A stretch of DNA of 64,000 bases, taken from NCBI GenBank assembly GCA_963666985.2, contig CAXXIA010000002.1:224001-288000 (forward strand), in the 5' to 3' direction. The notes beneath the pieces were generated by a model. The model did no database searches and had not been told where the DNA came from. It saw only the letters and a program-made list of their open reading frames with translations. This document shows positions 21,468 to 31,609 of this stretch, in pieces (position 1 is the first letter of the stretch; each line of letters starts with the position of its first letter). The translations under genes and the position numbers were made by a program. Source of the stretch: Spirochaetia bacterium (GTDB taxonomy: Bacteria > Spirochaetota > Spirochaetia > DSM-2461).

Positions 21468-23229
21468 AGACGGACTCCAGTTTTTCGATCGACCTTTCGA
21501 GTGTCGCCTGCAGACGATCGATTTTGTCGATCTCGTCGTTCGATATATTGAATTTCATACGGCTTATCTCCGCCAGAACCTTCATGCGGCGAAGCTTGAC
21601 GAGCGTCACGCCGTTTTTAATCGCCTCGGATCCTTTCCTCCAATAGGTCAGGACGAGTGAAAGCATCTTGAACTGCTTCTCCACCGAAGAGTAGCGGTCG
21701 ATGTCGTCGAAGGCATTCTGCTGGAGAAAGGCGTTTTTAAAGAGTGTACAAACCTCGATAACGAATCGCTGACTGTCGGGAAGCGCGTCCGGTCCGACCA
21801 GCTTAACAACCTGCTGGAGACGTACCTCGCGATTGAGGAGGTCCATGATCATGCCGCGGTCTTCCCCCCAGCTTCTTCCGGCGTGTTCTTCCCACCAGGA
21901 ACGAAGGTCCGGAAGGTACTCGCTGTAGCTGTCGAGCCAGCTGATCGCCGGATAGTGCCTTGCGTTCGCGAGCTGACGATCCAGGGCCCAGAAGCAGCGG
22001 ACGAAGCGTTTGGTATGCTGCGTTACCGGTTCGGAGAAATCGCCCCCCGGCGGCGAGACCGCGCCGATAATCGATACCGATCCCTCGCGTCCGCCGAGTG
22101 TTTCCATGCTTCCGGCGCGTTCATAGAACTGCGCGATACGCGTCGGCAGATAGGCGGGGAAGCCTTCCTCGGCGGGCATCTCCTCCATGCGTCCGGAGAG
22201 CTCCCGGAGAGCTTCGGCCCACCGGCTGGTGGAGTCGGCCATGATGGCGACGTCGTACCCCTGATCGCGGTAGTACTCGGCGAGCGTGACGCCCGTATAG
22301 ATGCTCGCTTCCCGCGCGGAAACCGGCATGTTCGAGGTGTTGGCGATGAGGATGGTGCGTTCCATAAGGCTGCGGCCGGTCCGCGGATCGATAAGATCCG
22401 GGAATTCGGTCAGAACGTCGGTCATTTCGTTCCCCCGCTCGCCGCAGCCGATGTAAACGATGATGTCGGCGTTGCACCACTTGGCCACCGCATGCTGCGT
22501 CATCGTCTTTCCGGTTCCGAAACCTCCGGGAATCGCGACCGTTCCGCCCTTTCCGAGAGGAAAAAGCGTATCGATAACACGCTGACCGGTAACCAGCGGC
22601 GTATCGACCGGACGGCGGCTGGCCGTCGGACGGGGAACCCGAATGGGCCACTGCTGCATCATCGTGAGTTCATGACGTCCTTCGGGAGTTTCAAGAATCG
22701 CGACGGTCTCCGAAATCGTGTATTCGCCCGAAGGCGCGATCGATTCGATTTTTCCCCCGATGCCGGGAGGCACCATGATGCGGTGCTCCACGCGCTGCGT
22801 TTCCTCCACAATGCCGAGGATGTCGCCCGAACGGACGGAGGCTCCTTCGGCCGCCCTCGGCTCAAACTTCCAGCGTTTTCCCCGGTCGAGCGCATTCACG
22901 TTTTCGCCTCGCCCGATAAAGACCGGATCGTTTTTTTTCAATTCTTCAAGCGGACGCTGTATCCCGTCGTAAATGGTGCCGATGAGTCCGGGGCCGAGCT
23001 CCACGCTGAGCGGCATGCCGCTTCCGTAAACAGGCTCGCCCGGCTTCACGCCGGTGGTATCCTCATAGACCTGAACCGTCGCCGTATCGGCCGAAAGACG
23101 GATAACCTCTCCGGTGAGCCGATCATGACCGACTTGGCACAGCTCCATCATCATTGCATCCGTTACGTCGCCGACATAGACGACCGGGCCGTTGACCCTT
23201 CTTATTTTACCTATGATCCGTTCGGCCAT
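21460..23229 (-). CDS. ntpA: V/A-type ATPase subunit A
   Basis: PGGFGTGKT Walker [23 protein letters not shown]. Start trimmed to MAERIIG. Confidence 0.97.
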   Translation of the reverse strand: MAERIIGKIRRVNGPVVYVGDVTDAMMMELCQVGHDRLTGEVIRLSADTATVQVYEDTTGVKPGEPVYGSGMPLSVELGPGLIGTIYDGIQRPLEELKKNDPVFIGRGENVNALDRGKRWKFEPRAAEGASVRSGDILGIVEETQRVEHRIMVPPGIGGKIESIAPSGEYTISETVAILETPEGRHELTMMQQWPIRVPRPTASRRPVDTPLVTGQRVIDTLFPLGKGGTVAIPGGFGTGKTMTQHAVAKWCNADIIVYIGCGERGNEMTDVLTEFPDLIDPRTGRSLMERTILIANTSNMPVSAREASIYTGVTLAEYYRDQGYDVAIMADSTSRWAEALRELSGRMEEMPAEEGFPAYLPTRIAQFYERAGSMETLGGREGSVSIIGAVSPPGGDFSEPVTQHTKRFVRCFWALDRQLANARHYPAISWLDSYSEYLPDLRSWWEEHAGRSWGEDRGMIMDLLNREVRLQQVVKLVGPDALPDSQRFVIEVCTLFKNAFLQQNAFDDIDRYSSVEKQFKMLSLVLTYWRKGSEAIKNGVTLVKLRRMKVLAEISRMKFNISNDEIDKIDRLQATLERSIEKLESVYA

Positions 23230-23872
23230 TAATTCCCTCGATAACGCTGTGATAAACGATCCGCCGGAGTTCGCCCGCATAGCGCCGCATTCGATCCTGG
23301 ACCGTATTTGTAAACGAAAGACGTGCCCTGGGGTCGCGAAGCACCACTCCCTGTCCGCTGACCGGTTTCCGGTCGAACTGCAGTTCAACGTTCATCCCAT
23401 ACTCGGATGAAAGTATATCCTGCGCATCGCGCAAAACCGACTCGACCGCGGCGCTGTCCTCGGGCGGACAGCGGACAACGGCGGCATTCCCGCCGAGACC
23501 GCGGGATGCTTCCACAATCCAGTCCCGGAGAATCCGCTTGTATTCCGGCGTTTGCCGCATCTTTTTCATTTCCGCGAGACACCTTTCCCGAGCGAGTTCA
23601 TAAACCCGATTCTCGACTCGAAGCTTCATACGCCCCTCGGCGAGCGAAATCGCGGAATCGGCGCGCGCCCGCTGCTTCTCCCTCTCTTCGGCCACCCGGC
23701 TTTCGGTTTCAACGTCCATCTCCGCGAGCCGCTTTTCAAGCGCTTTACGCCGCGTCGCGACGGAACTCTCGGCATCCTCTCGAATTTTCCGCGCTTCCTC
23801 GCGGGCATCCGCGAGAATGCGATCAATAAGCACGGTGTCTCCGCCCGTCGTTTTCGGCTGCTCGCTGCTCAT
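23207..23872 (-). CDS. ntpE: V/A-type ATPase subunit E
   Basis: Coiled-coil N-terminus, GVVL...SFTNT C-terminus, operon position. Confidence 0.85.
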   Translation of the reverse strand: MSSEQPKTTGGDTVLIDRILADAREEARKIREDAESSVATRRKALEKRLAEMDVETESRVAEEREKQRARADSAISLAEGRMKLRVENRVYELARERCLAEMKKMRQTPEYKRILRDWIVEASRGLGGNAAVVRCPPEDSAAVESVLRDAQDILSSEYGMNVELQFDRKPVSGQGVVLRDPRARLSFTNTVQDRMRRYAGELRRIVYHSVIEGINGRTDHR

Positions 23873-23874
23873 GA

Positions 23875-24180
23875 CTACACACTGATTCCTATTGCGTTGT
23901 TCACCACCTGACGGAGACCCGGTCTTCCTTCGATACGCCCTTTTCTGTCGGGTATTTCAAGGATAAGCGGGAACTCCTCGGTGAATACATAATTTTCGAC
24001 AATCCCGCGGATCATATCCGCGATTCTTTCGGTAATAACGACTATTCCGGTTTCCTTGTCGGCGATAGCGGCTCTAAAGGCCTCTTTCGCTTCATCGGCA
24101 TTCGTCACCTCACGGCCGGGAACGCCGACAAGAGAGAAACCGAGAACCGTATCTTCATCGCCGATAACGAAATACTGCAC
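23875..24180 (-). CDS. ntpF: V/A-type ATPase subunit F
   Basis: VIGDEDTVLGFSLVGV, PLILEIPD, AIGISV. Confidence 0.92.
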   Translation of the reverse strand: MQYFVIGDEDTVLGFSLVGVPGREVTNADEAKEAFRAAIADKETGIVVITERIADMIRGIVENYVFTEEFPLILEIPDRKGRIEGRPGLRQVVNNAIGISV

Positions 24181-24181
24181 G

Positions 24182-24544
24182 CTAGACGCGTCCCAGAATA
24201 ATGAGGGCCGTTATGAAGCCGAAAACAACCAATCCTTCCGCCAGGGCGATAAAGATAAGCGCCTGTCCGGCGATCTCGGGTTTCTCGCTCACGGCGCCCA
24301 TCGCGGCCGCCCCCACATTGGCGATGCCTATGCCCGCTCCCAGAGCACCGAATCCGAACGCGATCGCGGCGGAAATGAAAGCCCATTTCGCCATATCGGC
24401 CTGCTCCTGAGTAACCGGCGTCTTGCTTGTTTCCTGCGCGAAAACGCCGGAGACCGGAATTACGGTGAGCATGATGATAACTCCGAGAGTAAAAATGATG
24501 CTCGAAATAATTTTCCGCTTCATCTGTAATTGATGACTTTCCAT
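24182..24544 (-). CDS. ntpK: V/A-type ATPase proteolipid subunit K/c with an N-terminal signal-like extension
   Basis: GAAAMGAVSEKPE and FIALAEGLVVFG (ion-binding Glu). Start MESHQ after AGGAGG. Confidence 0.9.
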   Translation of the reverse strand: MESHQLQMKRKIISSIIFTLGVIIMLTVIPVSGVFAQETSKTPVTQEQADMAKWAFISAAIAFGFGALGAGIGIANVGAAAMGAVSEKPEIAGQALIFIALAEGLVVFGFITALIILGRV

Positions 24545-24554
24545 GTCATCCTCC

Positions 24555-26594
24555 TTAACGTTGTGTTTCCAGCGACACCGGTCGAAACTCGATGCCGGTG
24601 GGCGTGAAGTACTTGGAAAAGAATTCATAATAATTAAGACGCAGCGACTGAATACCGGCCGAAAGACCTTCAAGCGCGATAACCAGCGCGTTGCCGAAAA
24701 GAAGAACGATAATCGAAAGGATGGATGTCCTTCCCGGAGAAATCATCTCGGCGATCTGGAAAAAGGCGACCATGAGCATAACGTGTGCAATGCCGAGTCC
24801 GGCCACCCGCATAAAAGAAAGCGTGTTCGCAAGATAGCCGGAAAAAATCTCGAGCATTTCGATGGCCCAATCCATTATCCACATGAGCGGAGAATGCCCG
24901 TGTCCTCCTGAGCGCTTCGCGGCCGCCGCTTCAAAGGGGAATTTAAGGAAAAGAATAATCACGGGAACAAGGATCAGCGGTCCGGCGACGGAGAGATCCG
25001 GAAAGAATCGGAATCCGCTCGCCGAGAATTGGTAGGCAACCCAGACTCCGGTGCCGTAAATAATCCCGCCGAGAACCCCTTCTTTCGCAAAGAAAAGCGC
25101 TTTCCAGTCACGCGTTCGGATTCGGTTGATCCAGTTTAAAAGGAGACCGGCCGAAATCACCCCCACTCCGAGAAGGACCGTTAACTTCAGGATATCCATG
25201 ATATTCGCGATGCTGCCGTGTGAGGGATGCCCCGCGACAACCCCGTGATAGTTGAACCAGAGCGCCGGCATGAGTTCATACCCGAAATAGGCTCCGAAGA
25301 GAACGCCCATAACAATCGACGCGCCGCCGCACCAGATAAGAAGCTTTGAAAGCTGGTACATCCCCGGCTTCTTCATCACCTTGGTGCCAAGAAGACCGAG
25401 AAGGATAAGAATGAGCCCGTGACCGGCGTCGCCGAACATCAGTCCGAACATGACAAGATAAGCGACGGCCACAAGCGGCGTGGGGTCGATCGTACCGTAC
25501 TCGGGCACTCCGAAGTTGGTTACAAGCATCTGGAAAGGCCGCAGGAATTGAGGATTGCGAAGCTCGACCGGAACCCGCATGCGCTTCCCGCTCTCCCGGC
25601 CGAATTCGGCCGGCGTGTGCCACTCGAGGACGCAGGCTTCACCCGCCGCCGCCCGAAGGACCGATTCGACACGATCGCGTTTTCTCAGCGGAACCCAGCC
25701 GCCGAGGACGGTTGCATGGCTGCTTTCGCTCGTCATTCCGCGGATGGAAAGCATAAGCTCAACAACACGGATTCTGCGCCAATCGCTTTCCAGTTCGGAA
25801 CGCCTGTCGGAAATGATGGCCCGTGTATTCGCCGCCTGTTCATCCTGTTCCGCACGCAGCGCCGTAAGTTTCTCATCGGCCCGGCCGATCGCCCCCTCTC
25901 CGGCCTCGTCGGGAAGCTTGGGGATGTCCATCGCGCGAAAGCCGCTTTCGGAAAGAATTCGCTGTACTTCGGCCGCGTTGCGCTTCATCGCCAGTACGAG
26001 GACGACCGCATCCCCGCCTTCGCGGCTCATCGTCATGATAATCCCGGCCTGACCGGCGATAGCGCGGTCGGCATCCGACAGCCGATTTTCAGGGATTCGG
26101 CCGTACCTGATGTCGAGATATTGATGATTGCCGCTCCGCATCAGATTATTCGTCAGCGCCGAGGCGTCCCCGCCGGCTCCGGCCGCGGGTGCGAAAGCCT
26201 CGAGCTGACGTCTGACATCGGTAATGCGGTTAATCTGGCGCTGGATATCCGCCTGACGCGAACGAAACCGCTCAACCTCATGCGCAAGCCGATCAATTCT
26301 GGCATTCACCTCCGCAACGTCGAACGACGCATCCCACGGCGTATCGCCGACCGCCGCCGGAGAAGCGATTCCGCCGAGCGTGAGCAGTGATTCGATGCGG
26401 CGTCTTGTTTCGGCCAATTCGGCCCGTCGCTCATCCACGCTGACGCTGGACATGAGTGCCCCGAGATCGGGCGCCGTCTCGGCGAGCCGGCTGAACTGCA
26501 CCGCTCCTATGCGCAGCAGCGCCTCGCTTACCGCATCGGCACGTTCCCGGAGGACAATCGCGGTTAAGTGAATCATTTCCGATGTGAAGATCAT
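24555..26594 (-). CDS. ntpI: V/A-type ATPase subunit I/a
   Basis: IDPTP, FGLMFGDAGHG, NTLSFMRVAG, IQSLRLNYYEFFSKY. Confidence 0.95.
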   Translation of the reverse strand: MIFTSEMIHLTAIVLRERADAVSEALLRIGAVQFSRLAETAPDLGALMSSVSVDERRAELAETRRRIESLLTLGGIASPAAVGDTPWDASFDVAEVNARIDRLAHEVERFRSRQADIQRQINRITDVRRQLEAFAPAAGAGGDASALTNNLMRSGNHQYLDIRYGRIPENRLSDADRAIAGQAGIIMTMSREGGDAVVLVLAMKRNAAEVQRILSESGFRAMDIPKLPDEAGEGAIGRADEKLTALRAEQDEQAANTRAIISDRRSELESDWRRIRVVELMLSIRGMTSESSHATVLGGWVPLRKRDRVESVLRAAAGEACVLEWHTPAEFGRESGKRMRVPVELRNPQFLRPFQMLVTNFGVPEYGTIDPTPLVAVAYLVMFGLMFGDAGHGLILILLGLLGTKVMKKPGMYQLSKLLIWCGGASIVMGVLFGAYFGYELMPALWFNYHGVVAGHPSHGSIANIMDILKLTVLLGVGVISAGLLLNWINRIRTRDWKALFFAKEGVLGGIIYGTGVWVAYQFSASGFRFFPDLSVAGPLILVPVIILFLKFPFEAAAAKRSGGHGHSPLMWIMDWAIEMLEIFSGYLANTLSFMRVAGLGIAHVMLMVAFFQIAEMISPGRTSILSIIVLLFGNALVIALEGLSAGIQSLRLNYYEFFSKYFTPTGIEFRPVSLETQR

Positions 26595-27664
26595 AGAAGC
26601 CCCTCGATTCGTTCCGACGGCAGATCGTAGTACTTCGCGTTAAGTACGCTGATCAGGGTTTGAATCTCATGCTGCAGCAGCATGATGTAAGCCAATATCG
26701 TTCCGATTGTAAACGGATTCCCGCCGAGCGTGCGGCGAATGTCATGATCCAAAACAGCACGCAGCATTTCCTCAAGGAGCGAAAGTCTCCGGATTTCTCC
26801 GCCGCTCTCCTCTTCTTGAGCGCCCGAGCCGGAGAGAACACCGACACGAGGCCCGAGCGATGCGATTATGGTATCGAGGGGACGCTCCGATTCATACGCG
26901 CTTTTAAGGTCGCGAGCGGCAATCAAACGGCCGCCGGGAAGCACGGAATCCTCAAAACGGATCGTCCCGCGGTAACGGCGAATTCGGATGAGCCAGGCCA
27001 CGTTTTGCGTATCGATTTCAACGCCGAGAAGAGAGCGGGCAATGCGTTCGTCGCGTGAATCCAATGTTTTTAAGGCCGCAAAAAGCTGATCGTAATACCA
27101 GCGGTCGAGCGCAATTTCCGCGGCGTAGAGAGAACCGGTTTCGGGAAGTTCGGCAAGACGCTTACCCAGCGGCTCGGCGTACGGATATCCGGAAAGCAGC
27201 GCCGTGATTTGTTCGGTCGATCCCGCATTCACGATCGCGTCGACCGCGATACCGTGCGCCGCATCATCCCGCAGAAGATAGGGAACTTTATCGTCAATCG
27301 ATCGGCCTCTGATGACTCTTTCAAACCAAAGCCGCACCGCATGCTTGACGATGGCGATTTCATAACGGCGCAATACCGCGTCGGAAAACGACAGCACGGC
27401 GTTCGGTATATGCTTTCTAAGCATTGAAAGCGTTTCCCACTCCAAGCGGACGATTTCCAATTCGCACAGTTTGACATCTCCCGTGCGTGTGTAAACATCG
27501 GCCGCGGCGGCATACTTGGTATTCTGCAGCATCCCGACGGCTTCCACGAAACTCCGCGAACGGGCAATACCGAGGTAGAATTGCTCGTCCAGCAAAGTGC
27601 TGATGCGGGCGCGAAGCTTGGCGTTCACGAACGCATACGTGGAAACCGGCGAACGCATTTTCAT
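26591..27664 (-). CDS. ntpC: V/A-type ATPase subunit C/d
   Basis: YAFVNAKLRARIS, ALDRWYY, EIDTQNV, PFTIGTILAY. Confidence 0.9.
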   Translation of the reverse strand: MKMRSPVSTYAFVNAKLRARISTLLDEQFYLGIARSRSFVEAVGMLQNTKYAAAADVYTRTGDVKLCELEIVRLEWETLSMLRKHIPNAVLSFSDAVLRRYEIAIVKHAVRLWFERVIRGRSIDDKVPYLLRDDAAHGIAVDAIVNAGSTEQITALLSGYPYAEPLGKRLAELPETGSLYAAEIALDRWYYDQLFAALKTLDSRDERIARSLLGVEIDTQNVAWLIRIRRYRGTIRFEDSVLPGGRLIAARDLKSAYESERPLDTIIASLGPRVGVLSGSGAQEEESGGEIRRLSLLEEMLRAVLDHDIRRTLGGNPFTIGTILAYIMLLQHEIQTLISVLNAKYYDLPSERIEGLL

Positions 27665-28014
27665 GCGTTTTCTCCCGCTTTTTCGCCCTTTTCGGCGGTA
27701 TGCGGACCGTGAATAATCACATCAAGAGAACGTTCCACCGCCTTGCTCAGACCATCCGGATCCGCGGATGTAAATTCCGCCTCCTTTTTTCTGAGCTCTT
27801 CTTCGGCGTCATGACGCCGCTTTTCTTCGGCTTCACGGACCGCCGAGAGTTCTTCGCGCAGCTTTTGGTCCGCCGATGCACGGCGTTCACGCATCTCGCG
27901 ATTTTCGCTTTCGGTAAATTCATTCCGGATACGGGCCGCGTCATCTCGTGCTTCCTGAAGCAATTTCTCGGCGCGTTGTTCGGAACTTAGGACATCGTTG
28001 ATAATCTCGAGCAT
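27661..28014 (-). CDS. V/A-type ATPase peripheral stalk subunit G/H
   Basis: Charged coiled coil (EQRAEKLLQEARDDA) in the expected operon position. Confidence 0.7.
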   Translation of the reverse strand: MLEIINDVLSSEQRAEKLLQEARDDAARIRNEFTESENREMRERRASADQKLREELSAVREAEEKRRHDAEEELRKKEAEFTSADPDGLSKAVERSLDVIIHGPHTAEKGEKAGENA

Positions 28015-28743
28015 TTATCCTCCCGTGAAAAACCGTGATTCCTGCCTGGCGATCTCACCGAGGATTCCGGCGGCATCGCAGGCAAGAAGCGCTTCGCCGA
28101 CCGCCGGATTCCGAAACAGACAGGATATGCGCTTCAGTAATCTGAGATGAACCAATTCGCTTGCGGAACTTAAGAGAAAAAAGAATCGAACGGGCTGATC
28201 GTCGGGAGCGTCGAAATCCGTTCCTTCGCGGCAAATGCCCAGAATAACGGCCGGAGCATCCGCCGGGTTCTCAGCCGGACGGCGGGCATGAGGGACGGCC
28301 ACCCCGTTCCCAAGGGCCGTCGAGGAAAGACGTTCGCGTGAAAGAAGAAGCTGAACGTAATGTTCCATATCGGAAACGAGTCCCTGTGCATTAAGCGGAG
28401 CCGCAAGCTGCGACAGAACATCGGTTCTGCTCCCGGGGATTATATCGTCAACAATTGCCGATTGTTTCAGAAGCGGGGCAATGGGAATAATGCCGTCCGC
28501 GGGATTAAAGAACTCAGGGATTCCGCTGCCGGGAATCGGGGCCATGCGGGAAAGAAGCCAGTCGTCGAGAACGGATCGAAGAAAGCGCCATTGGCCGCCG
28601 ACCCGCGCACAGGGAATCTCATTGCGCTGAATCATCCTATGAACTGTTCGTTCACCGATTTTGAGATAGGAAGCGGCTTCGCTCAGCGTGAGGACTCCGT
28701 CTCCGGTCGATTTGTTATGGCATACCATGGCGGCGGATGGCAT
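28015..28743 (-). CDS. HTH_17 (excisionase/BldC-like) DNA-binding domain fused to PTS EIIA
   Basis: LTLSEAASYLKIGERTVHRM...IPCARVGGQWRF followed by RERLSSTALGNGVAVPHAR. Confidence 0.9.
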   Translation of the reverse strand: MPSAAMVCHNKSTGDGVLTLSEAASYLKIGERTVHRMIQRNEIPCARVGGQWRFLRSVLDDWLLSRMAPIPGSGIPEFFNPADGIIPIAPLLKQSAIVDDIIPGSRTDVLSQLAAPLNAQGLVSDMEHYVQLLLSRERLSSTALGNGVAVPHARRPAENPADAPAVILGICREGTDFDAPDDQPVRFFFLLSSASELVHLRLLKRISCLFRNPAVGEALLACDAAGILGEIARQESRFFTGG

Positions 28744-28780
28744 TTGATGACATGGTATCGAGTCGAAATTTTCGTGTCAA
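28717..28780 (-). promoter_or_regulatory. Sigma70 promoter of the V-ATPase operon overlapped by four 10-bp-phased YGYCAT repeats
   Basis: Minus strand TTGACA (28780-28775), 17 nt, TACCAT (28757-28752). Repeats at 28747, 28737, 28727 and 28717. Confidence 0.7.
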
Positions 28781-28885
28781 CAACGGGATACGGAGGTTTT
28801 TCAGCCGAATTCTTCAAGACGATCCGCCTATGTTCGTCATCAAAGATCGATTTAAATGAAGCGGAGATAGGAGGATATCGCTGTT

Positions 28886-29559
28886 TTAATAATCCCGGAC
28901 AAAATCGGAAGTGCGGCCGGTAGAATCGGAATAGGCTCCCTTGAGGTTCTCGGGCAGCAAATCGGCCAAACGAAACATCATTTCATCGGCCATCCGGGCT
29001 CTCTCTTCGGAACTGAGTTTCCCGCCGCCGGACTTTTCCATCAGGAAAGGTTTTCCCACCTTATAGGTTACCGGCGTCCGCCTGAATTTCTTCAGATTCA
29101 GCGGTAATTCCCGCAATCCCCATTGGACCATGGGATAAATAGGCACACCCTTCCGAGAGGCGAAAAACGTTGTTCCCGGCAAAGCCTTTTTCAGTGCTCC
29201 GGATTTACTCCGGGTACCTTCGGGGGCGATGCAGAGAAAATTCCCGTCGTCCAAAACTTTGAAACACCCTCGAATGGCTTTCATATCCATGCCGCCTCGG
29301 TCTACCGGGATGGACTGCCAGGCTTCCATAACCATGCGGGAAAACCATTTATCCCAAAGTTCCCTTTTCGCCAAAGCAATGGTTCTCCGAGGCCGAAGCA
29401 TAATGTAAAACATGGGACCTTCAAAAAAGAAGTATGATTGGCTATTAATATCGCGGGGCCGTTCAGCGGAATATTCTCCACACCTTCGACGGATATTCTG
29501 CAGGTCAGCCGAAAAAAGGCGGAAACAACAGCGTTGACGATACGTTCTTTAAAGGTCAT
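28886..29559 (-). pseudogene. plsC: 1-acyl-sn-glycerol-3-phosphate acyltransferase, frameshifted (possible sequencing error)
   Basis: ANHTSF motif in one frame, APEGTRS in another. One extra base in the A6 run at 29423-29428 restores NHTSFFEGPMFY. Confidence 0.8.
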
Positions 29560-29713
29560 GACATCAGCCTGATCAACAACGGCGAATTGGTCAAGGAAGG
29601 TCAGGGAAACAGCACCAGAAAGAATCCCTCTAAAGGATTTCGAAAAAACAATTTACTTATAAATTCGTAATCCTACTTGCTTGGTGGGCTTGGGAGAGAT
29701 ACATTATAGCTCA

Positions 29714-31375
29714 ATGAGTGAGAAATTGACACTTCGAGACATTTTGTTAGAATCCGCCGATCGCTGGCCCCATAAACCCGCTCTCGGGCCGGTCGGATCA
29801 CAATCCCGAACATATACGGAATTTCTTTCCGATGCCGCGACATGGGCGTCCTGGCTTCAAACACTCGGCCTGGTAAAAGGTGATCGTGTCGCCATTCTCG
29901 CCGAAACCAGACCGGAATGGGGAGCCGCATACTTCGGCATAACCTCGGCCGGCTTTATCGCCGTCCCCATTCTCCCTGATTTTTCCGATGCTCAAGTGTC
30001 AAACATTATTACACACTCGGAAATCAAAGCCGGAATATCTTCAAGAAAGCTGGAACGAAATCTCGAATCGGCAATCAAGCTGAGCGAAACCCTGGCCGAC
30101 GATCTGCCCAGAGCCCGGATGGAAGACTTCGCTCTGTCGGCAGGACCGGGTGCCGGAGAAAGACTGTCCGCTTCCGAATCACCCCGGACGATATTCGAAT
30201 CTCCAATAGATGAAACCGATATTGCCGCGATTCTCTATACCTCCGGTACCACGGGGAACTCAAAAGGCGTAACTCTTACGCACCGGGCCATCGCCTGGAA
30301 CGCAAAGGTTAGTATGGATGAGGGACTCGGCGGGAACTTTGAAAATGTCAAACACCTCTCGGTGCTTCCTCTGGCCCATACCTATGAATGCACCCTCGGG
30401 CTTGTGGGAATGCTGTCCGTCGGAGGTGAAATCAAATACTTAGACGGCCCGCCGGTCGCATCCAAGCTCATGAAAGCCCTGGCATTGGAAAAACCGACGG
30501 TCATGCTGACCGTTCCCCTGCTTATGGAAAAGGTTTACAGGTCAAAGGTAGCCGGGCCATTCCAGAAAAACAAATTCAAAAGTTTAATCTTCGCTTTTCC
30601 ACCGGTACGAAAATTGATCCACCGGATCGGCGGGAAAAAGATCATGGAGGCCTTCGGAGGGAATCTTCGGTTCTTCGGAATCGGCGGCGCTCCCCTGCCT
30701 CGGGATGTTGAACGTTTTCTGATCGAAGGAAAATTTCCCTACTCGGTGGGGTACGGTCTCACCGAGACCGCACCGCTTTTAGCCGGCGGACATCCGCAAG
30801 ACATGAAATTCCGATCAACCGGGAAGGTCGTTCCCGGTGTCTCCATCCGCATCACCGATCCGAATAAGAAAGGCGTCGGAGAAATCCAGGCCAAAGGTCC
30901 GAACATCATGGCCGGTTACTGGAAAGACAAGGAAAAGACCGCCGATGTTTTTACCAAGGACGGTTGGTTTCGAACCGGAGACCTCGGCAGAATAAAAGGT
31001 GACATTCTCTATATAAAGGGCCGATTAAAAGATGTCCTGTTGGGTTCCAACGGCGAAAATATCTACCCCGATGAAGTTGAATCGGTCATCAACGGCCATC
31101 ATTTCGTTACCGAATCCCTGGCCTACATCAAAGACGGTCAGCTTATAGCCCGGATTCTCTTGGATGCGGAAAAAATCACCGAAGACGCCAAACTTCTTAA
31201 AATCATCGGAGCGGAAAAACTGACGGCTTGGAAAGCGGATATCATGGAACACATCCGTTGGGAAACAAATAAAAAGCTTGGCCGGAATTCAAAAATTCAA
31301 GCCTTGATTGAACAAATCAAGCCTTTTGAAAAAACACCCAGCTTGAAAATTAAACGGTTTCTCTATACCACTTGA
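29714..31375 (+). CDS. Long-chain fatty acid-CoA ligase (AMP-binding)
   Basis: YTSGTTGNSKG, GYGLTET, GWFRTGDLG, GENIYPDEVE. Confidence 0.9.
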   Translation: MSEKLTLRDILLESADRWPHKPALGPVGSQSRTYTEFLSDAATWASWLQTLGLVKGDRVAILAETRPEWGAAYFGITSAGFIAVPILPDFSDAQVSNIITHSEIKAGISSRKLERNLESAIKLSETLADDLPRARMEDFALSAGPGAGERLSASESPRTIFESPIDETDIAAILYTSGTTGNSKGVTLTHRAIAWNAKVSMDEGLGGNFENVKHLSVLPLAHTYECTLGLVGMLSVGGEIKYLDGPPVASKLMKALALEKPTVMLTVPLLMEKVYRSKVAGPFQKNKFKSLIFAFPPVRKLIHRIGGKKIMEAFGGNLRFFGIGGAPLPRDVERFLIEGKFPYSVGYGLTETAPLLAGGHPQDMKFRSTGKVVPGVSIRITDPNKKGVGEIQAKGPNIMAGYWKDKEKTADVFTKDGWFRTGDLGRIKGDILYIKGRLKDVLLGSNGENIYPDEVESVINGHHFVTESLAYIKDGQLIARILLDAEKITEDAKLLKIIGAEKLTAWKADIMEHIRWETNKKLGRNSKIQALIEQIKPFEKTPSLKIKRFLYTT

Positions 31376-31609
31376 TTTCCGGCCGTAAGAAACACAAAAT
31401 CCATCGGAAAATCATTTCTGGAATCGATTCACAGTGGGTTTGATTTCCCTTCTTTTTGTTGTTCTTCGGGAATAAAAAAGCCCCTTTGGTATTATTGACA
31501 AAAATATTTATATTTCACATTATTTCAAAAGGATTTGTAAGCATCTGAAGATTTCATAAGAGATTGTAAGTGTCTGAAATTTCCAAAATTCGGATTTACA
31601 GGACTTCTT

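Noticed and set aside
21883..23232. 449-aa + strand ORF (and 25419-26390)
   Set aside because: Antisense shadows of V-ATPase subunits A and I in GC-rich coding DNA.
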